63,960 nt of DNA from positions 15,064,359 through 15,128,318 of the forward strand of contig JARFYF010000054.1 of assembly GCA_030265395.1 (NCBI GenBank), given 5' to 3'. The notes under the pieces were generated by a model. That model ran no database searches. It saw only the letters and a list, made by a program, of their open reading frames with translations, and had not been told where the DNA came from. Every line of letters begins with the position of its first letter. The stretch's first letter is position 1. The position numbers were made by a program, and so were the translations under genes. Shown here one piece after another: positions 11,860 to 23,686 of this stretch. Source of the stretch: Rhina ancylostomus. Lineage: Eukaryota.

Positions 11860-14005
11860 GTGAGAAATATGTAACCATTTTCTCTTACAGCTGCCATGTT
11901 GGGAAACATGCAATGGGATGTTACTAGAAAATGCTGGCACTTCTGCGAAATGCCAGCAAATTCTGGATTTTGACACGTACATACTTGCATGGAAGTTTCA
12001 AACCAATTGAAAGCTATTTGTTAGCTTTTTGTCAATTATAACACTGANNNNNNNNNNNNNNNNNNNNNNNNNNNNNNNNNNNNNNNNNNNNNNNNNNNNN
12101 NNNNNNNNNNNNNNNNNNNNNNNNNNNNNNNNNNNNNNNNNNNNNNNCACTGAATTCCTTGTGGAGTTTATGGATGGAACCCAAAATTACAGAATTTTTT
12201 GCCATAAGAAATCAGCTCACACAACCTAAATGTGGAGAATTACCACTACAGGGGAGTAAAGTGAACTTTTTCTTAATGGTTTGAGTTTATTTGAAAACTT
12301 TCAAATGTCTTGAAGGATAATATTATTCCAGCCTGGTTTGCTTCTTCCCCTGACCTGGATTCATTGCCCACATTTGCCTAACAAGAGATGTAGTTCAGCA
12401 ATCTAGTCTGGATGGCAAAGGACTGGGGTGGGGGTGGGGGGGGGGCGTTATGCAATAAAGAGGCCCTGCCCATGAAATATCTAAGCAACCTTTGATAGAT
12501 GCCAAAGCTGGGGACAGGGCTTTACTGACAATAAGTTGACATTGATTCCAATAATTTTTAAATACCTTTGACATTCAGAGGTCAAAGTATGAAATTGAAA
12601 TAAATTTTTAAAAATTGTTTTAAAAGGATAAAATTAACTATTATTGGTTAACACTTATAAATAATTAAATACATGTAGAGCAAAAATTTTTTTTCAAAGA
12701 AGTCAATTACCCTTTGCTTCCTAATTCCTTCCAGTACAATCCCACTGAAATTAATAAGGCCATAGCTCCTGTGCCAGGACCAGAGAAGCAATTCTCCAGT
12801 GGAGGTGAATGTGCAAAACTCCAGGACTTCGATTTCAACGATTGAACCTTGACTGTTCTAACAATACTTTTGAAAATTTTTTGAATGTTTCAGAAGCATT
12901 GAAATGTTTGATTGCTTTAATATCCAACACGGCTTAGCTGCATGTCAAAATTGCTTTTCTGGCTCTGCTGTGGTCTGAATATTTTCTGCTCCACTCTTCC
13001 TGTCCCCATCCCTCTCTGTAATAGAGTTTAATGCTCAGAAGGCCCTGCTGCTGTGTGGGGCTTCATTGCTGAGCATTTGTATAGCAGATTTTATCAGGTT
13101 CTTACCAGGGAACTACACAAGGAAAGCGCATTCTCTACTTGTAGGTCATGGGCAAGTGCAGTTAGCTTGCTACTGACCTCAAATTCTGTTCAATTAGAAT
13201 CTTTGAATATTGATCAGCCCCCATTTTATATTTCTATTGTTCATTTGTTTACCTTGTAAAGTTGCCAGAAGACCTTAACAAGTTGCTTTGTAGAATATTC
13301 CCTGTGTAGAATATATCCAGGGTACTACCATCCGTGTTCTGTCCTGCACAATCTTGCTTGCTCATTATCCCTCCCCTTGCTGACACTTCTGGGATTCCTT
13401 ACATTCGACTTAAGTCCCTCATTGGTATTGGATTTTTTGATCTCTACAAAGAGCTCTAATCCATTTTCTCTACTGTATCATTGATTGTTTAATTCTTGAA
13501 TTTTGGTCATTCTGATATTCCTGGCATGCTCTCACCAATATTCTGGAATTTCATTTCCATATCCCTTTGCCTCTTCATTAAATTCTAGTCAACTGTTTGA
13601 TCACAACCTTTAATATCTCCATCTATGATATGGATTCATTCCTTCAATCTGTTCAGTCCTTTTCTCTTCACCTCCTACAAAGCATTAGAAGAGCTAGTGT
13701 TTCTGTATTAATGTCTAGTTACGTCATTTTAAATTCTGAATGAAAAGTAGACTTCATTTACACAGAAGGGTATATTCTACAAAGCTATCTTCACTAGATT
13801 CAGTGTTGTTTCAAGAAGTCATACCTGTTGGTGTTATAGTTTTGCATTCAAATAGTATGTGTTTTGAATGAGACTTACAATTCATTTCAGTATGCCCAGA
13901 TTGGTGGATGCTGTTTCTAGATTTAAATAATTGCACAGAATTAATTCAATAAAACCTGTATAATAATTATAAAATTCAGATAGAGGTATTGTTCTCTTTT
14001 TGCAG

Positions 14006-14106
14006 ACTATGCTTTTGGAGAAGGTCAGGGTATCCAAGCATCCAGGGAGTGAGGGGACATTCAATGTGTTCTACTATCTAATGGCTGGTGCTGACAATAC
14101 TCTAAG
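14006..14106 (+). CDS. MYO18A: MYO18A E6 ([34 protein letters not shown])
   Basis: LLEKxRV...FxxFY motif; tgcag acceptor, gtacag donor; 101 nt. Confidence 0.97.
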
Positions 14107-15139
14107 GTACAGCAGTACTTTAAAAGCTCGTTTTGGTCTGCGTTTGCACTTATTTGGAGATGAGTTCTTTGTTTTATTTTGAATTTTATTTAATTATTTA
14201 AAGAAGGACTAGCTGGGTGGTCAATCCAATTTTATTCTGGATATTTTTGAGGAGTGGTTTGATGTAGTTCAATAACTTGCATGGGCCATTTCAAAGGGCA
14301 GCTAAGAATTAACCAACTAAGTTGTTGGTCTGGAGTCACATCTAGGTCAGTCCAAGTAAGAAAAAGGGATTTCCTTCCCTAAAGGGTGTTATTGAGCCAA
14401 ATGAGTTACTATGGTAATTTAATTTGTTTCATGATTCTGCTTAACTGACACCAGCTTGTATTTCTAATTAATTAATTGACTGATGTTAAATTCCCCAGAT
14501 GTTGTGGTTGAAATTTCAATGTGTTTCTCCAGATCATTTGTTTAGGTCAGTTGATTACTGGTCCAGTTTTTTAAAACTGGCTCAGGATGAATTTTCTTTT
14601 AGCCTTGGGATGGTTTTGCTCCTTCAAAGGCACTATACAAACAGAAGCAGTTGTTGTTGATGTTCCTGGGACATTAATCAATGCCTTTGGATTATTCTTC
14701 CAGTAACATAACTACTATACAACTGTATAATTTCTTTGAGTTTTTTTTTCTGTTCATAGTAAACCCTCTAGACCACACATGTTTGTTTTCAGCTGAAAAC
14801 TGGAACTTGTTATTGAAAAATCATTCACTAGTTTTCTGACTGCTCATTCTTTAATTCTCTAGGAATGTATCCCTCAAACATTACTAAGTTTTCTGCAGCT
14901 ACAGACTTCATTTGTCTTTCAGGATAATCTGATGAATATACTCCTTCCTTATAACTATTAGTGCCAGATAGATAGCCTTTTCTCCAGCAACAAATGCCCC
15001 TAGACTTCCAAGTTTATTTGGGCAGGAAAAGGGGGTAATGTGGAAGAAAGTGTGTTTAAATCCAAAATATTCTTCTTACTGTATTTCCACATGTTCTAGC
15101 TTTCTGTTGGTGTCTAGTTCAAGTGGCTTGTAATAGTTA

Positions 15140-17505
15140 AAAATGGAAAAAGCTGGAAGGATTTAGTAGGTCTAGTAGCATGCATGGAGAAAGAAACAGT
15201 TGATGTTTTGGATCAACAACTGTACATCAGAACAGAAGTGAGGAAGTAAGCATGTTTTACATGCTAACATGGATGGGGAGAACTGAGGGAATATGTTAAA
15301 AGGTGCAGACCATGGTTGTTAAAGTAGCAGTTAATATAAAAACTTGTAGTTAAAACTGAATAGAGAAAAAGAAACATGTAAAACAAAAAGGTATAACCAC
15401 ATCTATGGAGTGAGAGAGAAAAATTAAAGGGTGATTACCTGAAATAGTTAAATTTGTTATCAAGTCCTGAGGGCTAATGCATTTCCAGATAGAAGATGCA
15501 ATGTTGTTTCTCAAGCTTTCATTGGGTATTGTTGGAGAAATGTAGGAGACTGAAGGCAGTGGGAATGAGGCGGAGAATCAAAAGAGCTCAGGTCGCTCTT
15601 ACAAACCGAATAGAGGTCTTCAACAAAGTGGTCACCCAATCTGCTCTTGGTTTCTCCTGGTATAGAGGAGACCACATGGTGAGTACCAAATGCAGTACCA
15701 TAAACTGGAAGAAATGTGAGTCGCTGCTTTACCTGGAAGGAGTGTTTGTTCATGGCGAAGAGGTAAAAGAGCAAAAGTTGCATGGAAAAGTGCCATGAGG
15801 GGATTGCTTAGTGGAGGTTGAAGAGAGAGCCAGGGAATCGTGTAGGGAGCAATTCTTTCTGAATTCTGAAAGTAGAAGGGAATGACGGTTGTGTCTATGG
15901 TAGAATCCCACTGAAACTGGAGGAAATTATGGAGCATGTTGCATTGAATGTCAAAATTGGTGGCGTGGAAGGTAAGGGTTAAGGGGAGTCCTATTCTTGT
16001 TCTGGCTGGGAGGAGGGGGTGAGNNNNNNNNNNNNNNNNNNNNNNNNNNNNNNNNNNNNNNNNNNNNNNNNNNNNNNNNNNNNNNNNNNNNNNNNNNNNN
16101 NNNNNNNNNNNNNNNNNNNNNNNNNNNNNNNNNNNNNNNNNNNNNNNNNNNNNNNNNNNNNNNNNNNNNNNNATAACATTTTCAAGTAGTGTATAACTGC
16201 AGGAAGCGATACCAGTAAATGCCTCCTGCTGCCCGCAGAGCTAGATCCTTTATAAGCTCACAGACTCCCAGACCCATCTCAATTGTACCTCCTTCCACTC
16301 TGCTTTTGGTAATGACCTTATTTTATTCTTTTAGTTTCCCTGTTTCCATTATATTCAGTCTGATGATGATGTTTTCCACATTGAAGCCCCTTTAAGATAT
16401 CTTTCATTTTTGCTTAACCATTGCTTCATCTCTGTCTTCATTCATAGGGTTCTTGACTGCAACTCCTCCAAATCCTGCACTTCTGCTCTACTCTCATTCC
16501 AGCCAGAACAAAGTTAAGCATCCCATTGTTCCCAGTCTCCATATTCATCATATCATCCTCCATAATGTCCATCATCTTGGGATTCCAGCACCAGTTACAT
16601 CTTCCCTTCTTTCCCTCCTCCTACCAACCCCACCTCCAACCTTCCCCAACCATCTTTCAGCATTCAGAAAGGACCATTTTCTTCTGACTCCCGGTACACT
16701 CTTCCACCTCTATGAGCCATTCCCTTCTCATGGCATTTTTCCCTGTAACGCTTCCCAACATCCAATGATCCAAATTGTCCTTCCAGGTGAAGCAGTGATT
16801 CAGTTAAAGTAACTAATTTGAAAGAAGTGTATTCACTGCTCACAATATGATCACCTCTTTCTTGGAGAAACTGAATGCCAATTGGGTAACCACTTTGAAC
16901 ATTTCCGTTCAGTTCATAGGGTGTTCCTGAGCTTCCAATCACCTATCACATTAACTGTCTATCCCACTATCTCTCTGACCTCTTTGTCTTTAACTGTTTT
17001 ACTGTCTTGCTGCAGTAATGCCCAACATAAGCTCAAGAAACAGTACCTAATCTAATGTCCAGGCACATTGCAACTCTTAACTCTGTAATGAATTTATTAA
17101 TTTAGGTAACTTTTTATCTGTCTGGCTCTTGCTCTTCTCAGATGTGACCGGACTTTTCTNNNNNNNNNNNNNNNNNNNNNNNNNNNNNNNNNNNNNNNNN
17201 NNNNNNNNNNNNNNNNNNNNNNNNNNNNNNNNNNNNNNNNNNNNNNNNNNNNCCCCCCTTCTTACAGCTTATAAAGCAACTTTGACAACATAAACCTGTA
17301 CCTAATCACAGGGAATCCCTCTGTTTTGTGTATCTTTCCCCCTCTATGCAAATAAAAACGTGGCTGTTTTCTCCTTTTCAGTTCTAATGAAGAGTGCTTG
17401 ACCTAAAACATTGACTCTGCTTTCCCTCTCCATTAATGCTGCTTGGACCGCTGAGTGCTTTCAGCTTTTACTTTTAGGCTTTCCGGCATCTGCAATTTTT
17501 TTTGC
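15140..17505. mobile_element. Penelope-like element relic(s): antisense arm at about 15140-16025, sense arm at about 16300-17505
   Basis: Pseudo-LTR motif (ctgatga...aaac.ttgact...ctctcc...atgctgc...ctgagt...cagc) inverted at the left end and direct at the right end; the two arms are mutually homologous. Confidence 0.65.
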
Positions 17506-18134
17506 ATCATGGCTTTTAGTAATGCCTGTATCATACCAGGTGTACACTTAAAATGTGATCATTTGATCATGAGTGCAGAACCTAACTTCCCCAATTCTAC
17601 TCTTCTCGTAGTAAAGTAATCAAGAGTAGGTATTCTATTCAGTTTTTCTCCTCTTAACCTGGAGAATTGAAGCCAATTGCACGGTCCCCCTTGTTTTTCC
17701 AGGTGAGACTAACTAACTCAGTGTCAACAATGAACCCAGTGATCTTGTGGATCATAATGGTTCAGTAGATTGCTGGGTAAATTTGTCAACTACCCAGAAG
17801 TTCTGGAACAAATAACTTCTCTAAATAACAAAAAAAAATTCATGCAGTCCTAGTAATTGGACCAAGCTGTTGAAATTAAGTAGATATTTTTGCATCTTGT
17901 AGAGTAATTCAATTTCCATCGGCTGTGAATCTAAACAAAATCCTGAAAATTGATGCCTGAACAAGTATTTGTGTTGACTTATGTTGAAGTTTAATCGAAA
18001 GGAAAAAAATGGTTAAGTTGTGATATGAATCCTATTTTACCTGTTTTGCACTACCACTAAAAGTTAAATGTAACTGCTTGCTGCTAACTTTATGTATTAC
18101 AACTAACTGGTTTTCCTATTTTTGTCACTTACAG

Positions 18135-18198
18135 AACAGAACTTCATTTGAGCCATTTTGCAGAAAACAATGCTTTTGAAATTGCACCTTTATCAAAG
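18135..18198 (+). CDS. MYO18A: MYO18A E7 (TELHLSHFAENNAFEIAPLSK)
   Basis: ttacag acceptor, gtatct donor; 64 nt restores phase 0. Confidence 0.94.
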
Positions 18199-18919
18199 GT
18201 ATCTTTAGACTTCAGAGATGATGACTTTTTTGATGTAATCTTCTTTGATGATTGCAAGCCAAAGTCCCCCAGAGTTACTTGGTTTAACAATTACTCATAT
18301 GATTGTAAAATGGCATGGAATTCATGGGAGGTTCCAGTTTTATGTACTTGAATAGTTAGAGTGGAAGAGGAATAGTTCAGAGCATATTTTGGTGCTATTT
18401 TGTTCAGTTAGGTGATGAGCAGAGTAGGTTTTCTTTTCATTTTTTGGTATGGTTTTGAGTTCCTTGAGAATTATTGGAGCTGCATTCATCCAGGCAAGTG
18501 GAGAATATTCCATTAAGCTCCTGACTTGTGGTCTTATATGTGGTCTTATAAATGGTGACAAGGCTTTAGGGTGTCAGGAGAGTAAACGTTCATTCATAGA
18601 GCTGTCAATCATACCTTGCATCACTTTCCTAATTGAGAGGAAACTGATTGGGTGGTAATTATCAGGTTTGGATTTGTCCTACCTTTTGTGATCACGACCT
18701 ATCTATGCAATTGTCATGTTGTCAGAAGATGTCAGTGTAACTACACTGGAATATCTTGGGAAGAGGTGCCGATAGTTGCTGACTGCAAGTTTTGAGTATC
18801 ACAAACAGGGTGTTTTCTGGTCCCATAGCTTTTGCTGTAATCAATGGTCACAGCTGTTTCTCAATATCATGAGGATAGAATCCAATTGGCTGAAATCCTA
18901 AAAATTAGGTCTCTGCACT

Positions 18920-19255
18920 TGGTATTGGTTTATTATTGTCACATGTAACGAGATAAGTGAAAAGCTTTTGTTTAGTGTGCCATTCAGACAGATCGTGCCA
19001 TACATAATTACAACAAAGGTAGTGAAAAGAAAAATGGAATGCAGAATATTGTGTTCCAGTTACAGAGAAAGTGCACTCCAGTTAAACAAATAAAGTGCAA
19101 GGGCCACTGTGAGGTAGATTGGGAAATCAAGAGTTCATCATTTAGCATACAAGAGGTCTAAAAGTGTAATAACAGCGAGATAAGTGTGGTGGTATGTGCT
19201 CTCAGGTTTTTGCATCTTCTGCCTGACAGGAGAGGGGAGAAGAGAGGATGAGCAG
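18920..19255 (-). mobile_element. Rex1/Babar-type LINE 3' end
   Basis: Reverse complement of the tail at 8290-8552 (ggtattggtttattattgtcacatgt...). Confidence 0.65.
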
Positions 19256-19551
19256 GTAACAAACTGGTTTATGAAGATTTGATCATATGATGAGACCAGT
19301 TGGCTGTAAGATCGCTGTCATTTCATTTGTTTGAAGTATCACTTGCTAGATGATAGCTGCAATGACGATAAACAATTAAACCATCTTTCCATTCTGTGCC
19401 AGAGCACATTAAGTACTGGTATACTCTGCTATGGTAAACAATTTTAATTAGTTACATATTATTAGTGGATGAACTGAAAATACGTATTAATGATTTTGTT
19501 TATTGTGTGATCCAGTGGTCAAATATTCATTTGTTTTAATTGTTTTTACAG

Positions 19552-19696
19552 CCTGAAGAAAAGCAAAAGGCAGCTCAGCAATTTAACAAACTTCAGGCTG
19601 CTTTGAAGGTGCTTGGGATTTCAAATGAAGAACAGAAAGCTTTTTGGCACATCCTGGGTGCCATTTATCACTTGGGAGCAGCAGGTGCCACTAAAG
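19552..19696 (+). CDS. MYO18A: MYO18A E8 ([24 protein letters not shown]...HLGAAGATK)
   Basis: ttacag acceptor, gtactg donor; 145 nt, ends phase 1. Confidence 0.97.
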
Positions 19697-20461
19697 GTAC
19701 TGTGTTGAACTCATTAAGATTTGATAATTCAAGTTTTATTTAGGCCTATTCTAATTCCATTTATTTGGCAGAAATTTCATTCTCATATTATTTAATGTCA
19801 CACTTCCAGTATGGTGATTGAGCAATGGGCAAGTATGGAAGGGAAGAAATTGGCTTCTTGTATTTGGGAATGGGCGTTGTTGGGATTGTGATTAGTCTTG
19901 TGGTTAGGGTAGGTGGAGGATATCAGATGCTGGAAATTGGACAGTTTTCATGGTGGCGGTTGAATTAGCCAACCTTGTTGCCTAAGGTGGGTGGAGGAGG
20001 AGGCAGTGCCCTTTGGTGGTGTGATTAATAAATCAGCCATTGTCCATTTGTGGCCAGGGTGAGTGAATGGAGTAGGAGCATTGAGAACATGGTATGATTA
20101 CAGATTTGTGGGAGAGTTGAACAACAATAAAGGTGGACAGGTTAGTCAGAGCACTGAAGAGGGGCTGGTGCAGGGGAGACACTAAGTTCATGATGCATAA
20201 ATTGTGTTGGTTTTGCTTAGGAAGTATTCGTTGTATTTAATGATTGGCCTGATTTGATTCTAAAAAGGTCACAAGCATCATTTACTCAGAAGTTAATCTT
20301 CAGTTACACAAGCTGGGAAAAAAAACACTATCCAATTCATTTTCCAGACAACAGTTGTCTGTTAGTTTGCTCATTCAGAAATAGCATTTTTAATGTTACA
20401 TTCTTTTAGTTCAGATTTTAAGATAAGGTAACATATCTTCGTTAGTCAAATGTGCATCGAA

Positions 20462-21967
20462 GCACCCCATTTGTGCATTCGACTCTTGGACTTCAAACAA
20501 GTGTCTTTATTCAGTGTAGCTAGCCGATTTTGGACCCATGTTGTCTGAAGAACAAGAGGTACTAGCAGTAGCCCTTAAACTGCGCACCTTTTGGACCCTC
20601 TGGCCTCGTGTCTGGTTCGACCAGGTTGAGGCCCAATTCCAGCTTCACCAGATCACCAGCGACGACACCAGGTATTACTATGTGGTGAGCGCCCTCGACC
20701 AAGACACCGCAGCNNNNNNNNNNNNNNNNNNNNNNNNNNNNNNNNNNNNNNNNNNNNNNNNNNNNNNNNNNNNNNNNNNNNNNNNNNNNNNNNNNNNNNN
20801 NNNNNNNNNNNNNNNNNNNNNNNNNNNNNNNNNNNNNNNNNNNNNNNNNNNNNNNNNNNNNNNNNNNNNNNNNNNNNNNNNNNNNNNNNNNNNNNNNNNN
20901 NNNNNNNNNNNNNNNNNNNNNNNNNNNNNNNNNNNNNNNNNNNNNNNNNNNNNNNNNNNNNNNNNNNNNNNNNNNNNNNNNNNNNNNNNNNNNNNNNNNN
21001 NNNNNNNNNNNNNNNNNNNNNNNNNNNNNNNNNNNNNNNNNNNNNNNNNNNNNNNNNNNNNNNNNNNNNNNNNNNNNNNNNNNNNNNNNNNNNNNNNNNN
21101 NNNNNNNNNNNNNNNNNNNNNNNNNNNNNNNNNNNNNNNNNNNNNNNNNNNNNNNNNNNNNNNNNNNNNNNNNNNNNNNNNNNNNNNNNNNNNNNNNNNN
21201 NNNNNNNNNNNNNNNNNNNNNNNNNNNNNNNNNNNNNNNNNNNNNNNNNNNNNNNNNNNNNNNNNNNNNNNNNNNNNNNNNNNNNNNNNNNNNNNNNNNN
21301 NNNNNNNNNNNNNNNNNNNNNNNNNNNNNNNNNNNNNNNNNNNNNNNNNNNNNNNNNNNNNNNNNNNNNNNNNNNNNNNNNNNNNNNNNNNNNNNNNNNN
21401 NNNNNNNNNNNNNNNNNNNNNNNNNNNNNNNNNNNNNNNNNNNNNNNNNNNNNNNNNNNNNNNNNNNNNNNNNNNNNNNNNNNNNNNNNNNNNNNNNNNN
21501 NNNNNNNNNNNNNNNNNNNNNNNNNNNNNNNNNNNNNNNNNNNNNNNNNNNNNNNNNNNNNNNNNNNNNNNNNNNNNNNNNNNNNNNNNNNNNNNNNNNN
21601 NNNNNNNNNNNNNNNNNNNNNNNNNNNNNNNNNNNNNNNNNNNNNNNNNNNNNNNNNNNNNNNNNNNNNNNNNNNNNNNNNNNNNNNNNNNNCGCTGGTT
21701 CTGCGGGGGGGGGGTTATCTGGCGACTTACCATTCATGAACCGGCTCCCATGATTGCGAGCGTCATCGGAGGCCCCAATACAAGATGGCGCGGGGCACTC
21801 CTTCGTTGGGCTAGGGGAGCCCGCGCGCGGGAAGGTCATGTGACCCCCGCGTGATGTCAGCACAGGAACTGTGTTTATTAAAGGGGCAGTGCACCCCAGT
21901 TGTGCATTCGACTCTTGGACTTCAAACAAGTGTCTCGTGTCTTTATTCAGTGTAGCTAGCCGCTACA
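20462..21967 (+). mobile_element. Gypsy-like LTR retrotransposon; truncated 5' LTR, gag start, gap, polypurine tract, 250-bp 3' LTR
   Basis: 20462-20526 repeats 21891-21962. G10 tract at 21705-21714. 3' LTR 21718-21967 ends CGCTACA. Gag-like ORF lies between the repeats. Confidence 0.85.
20538..20713 (+). CDS. Gypsy-type Gag N-terminal fragment (VALKLRTFW...WFDQVEAQFQLHQITSDDTRYYYVVSALD)
   Basis: KLPxFW...WFxQxEAQF...IT.D.T.YY.VV.AL pattern typical of Gypsy Gag N-termini; open until the gap. Confidence 0.75.
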
Positions 21968-23563
21968 GTCCTTTATGTTCTTACAAACATTCTTATGTTT
22001 TAACTCAATTGTGGTTGCACTTCAAAAGGGCAGATATATCTAATCCACTACACTAGTCATTTATGCTAATTTACAATGATTGACAGGATATTTGTGCATA
22101 GTTTGAAATTTGTAGAATGCCATAATTTCACATGCAGCTTCCAAATTAGGCCTGCTTTTTTTAAATGAAAGCCTATCAGTGAATGAATTGCTCAAATTTC
22201 TGTCATGAGTCCTTTGGTCAAATTACGTCCAATAGTTTGCTGTCTAGGCTTGAATGGGAAGTGCTATTTTGGGTAAGGTTCTGAAGGGCTGCCAGTGTTA
22301 TGGAGGGATATGGGTATGTGTGTGCCTATTTTTGGGAAGGAAGAATAGGGAGAAGCATATTGAAATGTTGCAGTCATTTGAAGTAGATTTAGTTTTATAT
22401 TTGAATATCTCTTAAAGCTGCCTTTGTTATTTTGTACTTCCTCCACAAGATGGCACTGCTACAAAATAGTTTCAGGGTTTTCATTTAATCCATGGTTATA
22501 TTTCGATATCATTTGGTAGAAAAATCTTTGAAAACCTGTTCATTTGAAGTCAGATTCTCTCCCATGGTTTATGGGAGAGAATAATATTAGACTATGCACT
22601 ATGCAATCATTTTTCTTCAAGGGATTAAAAACTAAACGTAGTTGCATTTTTAGAACTACAGCGGAGTTATTAGCTTAGAATTTGCAGTTGTAATGAAGCT
22701 GAAATTGAGGGTACTTACCATCATTACTGTGTAATGTTAAAGCAACTTCTGGCTTCTACATATGTGCAGTTAAATGTGGAAATTTGGAATTTGTTCTCAG
22801 GAATTCCCTGCCCTTCCACATGATGTTCCTTTACATTCTTCACAAATGCAACCAACACAATATCAGTGATTTAATGTGAATGAAGCTGAATAGAGTTTTA
22901 CTGTTTTATTGTTTGTTTAATATTCTGCTTTTACTTTAATCCAACTCTTTATTTCCCTATCTTTAAAATAATTTAAAAGCTTAATTAGAATCTTTTGCTT
23001 CATGCTTTATTGTAAGATAACTCTTCAGCCTGTTTCACTGCTCAGAATTTGATGATTTCATTGTCCTTAGATGTCACAAGTATTGCCAAAATGAATGTTG
23101 GGATAGGAGAAATCAACAACACAGCTTCTTGCAAGGATTTAGCATGCCATCTTGGAAGCTGACATCAAGCGACATTCTTTTGTAATTGACAGTGAAGTCT
23201 GGTCTAATATGGGTGGCCAATTTTTAAAAGCATCTGTTAAATTTATATGGCTTATTCATGGCTTAAATTTTTTTTAGAAGAAGTTGTGCTAACTTTGTTG
23301 CTTGATCACTTTAGCTCTCGAACAATTGAAATTGCCAAGGAAGAGTTCTGACCAATATGCATTTTTTCATAGTTGTTTGATGACCTACAAGCTATTGTAA
23401 AATAAGAACTGGGTTTTGGAATTTGTTTGTCCTGTGGAACAGCAAGCTAAAATCCTGGTCTTATTATGTTTATCTTGAATTCTGGCAAGTACTTTTTTGT
23501 GTGAACCAAATGGTGCAGATATAATTGTTGGAAAAAAGTGGTTAGCCATGGAAAGTGTTATTG

Positions 23564-23674
23564 TGCATGTTTTGTAGTGCAATGGTGTTTTTTAACTGCT
23601 GAATTTTAAAAATGAAACTACCTTCTAACACTTTTTTTTTGTTTGCATGTTGCATGCTGCCCATTACAATCCAG
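23564..23674 (+). promoter_or_regulatory. Splicing-regulatory 3' splice-site region of microexon E9
   Basis: TGCATG (RBFOX motif) at 23564, 23644 and 23651; branch-like TTCTAAC at 23623-23629; U-tract at 23632-23644; UGC motifs between the tract and the AG. Confidence 0.6.
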
Positions 23675-23686
23675 ATGGTGATGAAG
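23675..23686 (+). CDS. MYO18A: MYO18A E9, 12-nt microexon adding DGDE
   Basis: tccag|ATGGTGATGAAG|gtaaaa, symmetric phase 1. Gives GATK-DGDE-AGRRQF, matching the recalled human GATK-EAAE-AGRKQF. Branch-like TTCTAAC and a U-tract lie upstream. Confidence 0.85.

Noticed and set aside
12425-12445. G-run with G-quadruplex potential
   Set aside because: A low-complexity tract inside a repeat, with no supporting context.
18199-19551. Possible U12-type introns (donors GTATCTTT after E7 and GTATCTCT after E10)
   Set aside because: Neither matches GTATCCTT, and there is no TCCTTAAC-like branch site near the acceptors; ordinary U2 introns are more likely.
20538-21929. Long ORFs of 351-455 aa (and other X-filled ORFs, e.g. 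27984-28802)
   Set aside because: Their length comes from translating N-gaps; only the 58-codon Gag start is supported.
23071-23079. Candidate second microexon ccttag|ATGTCACAA|gtattg (9 nt, in frame)
   Set aside because: Weak donor (no +5 G) and no homology support; only RNA-seq could rescue it.
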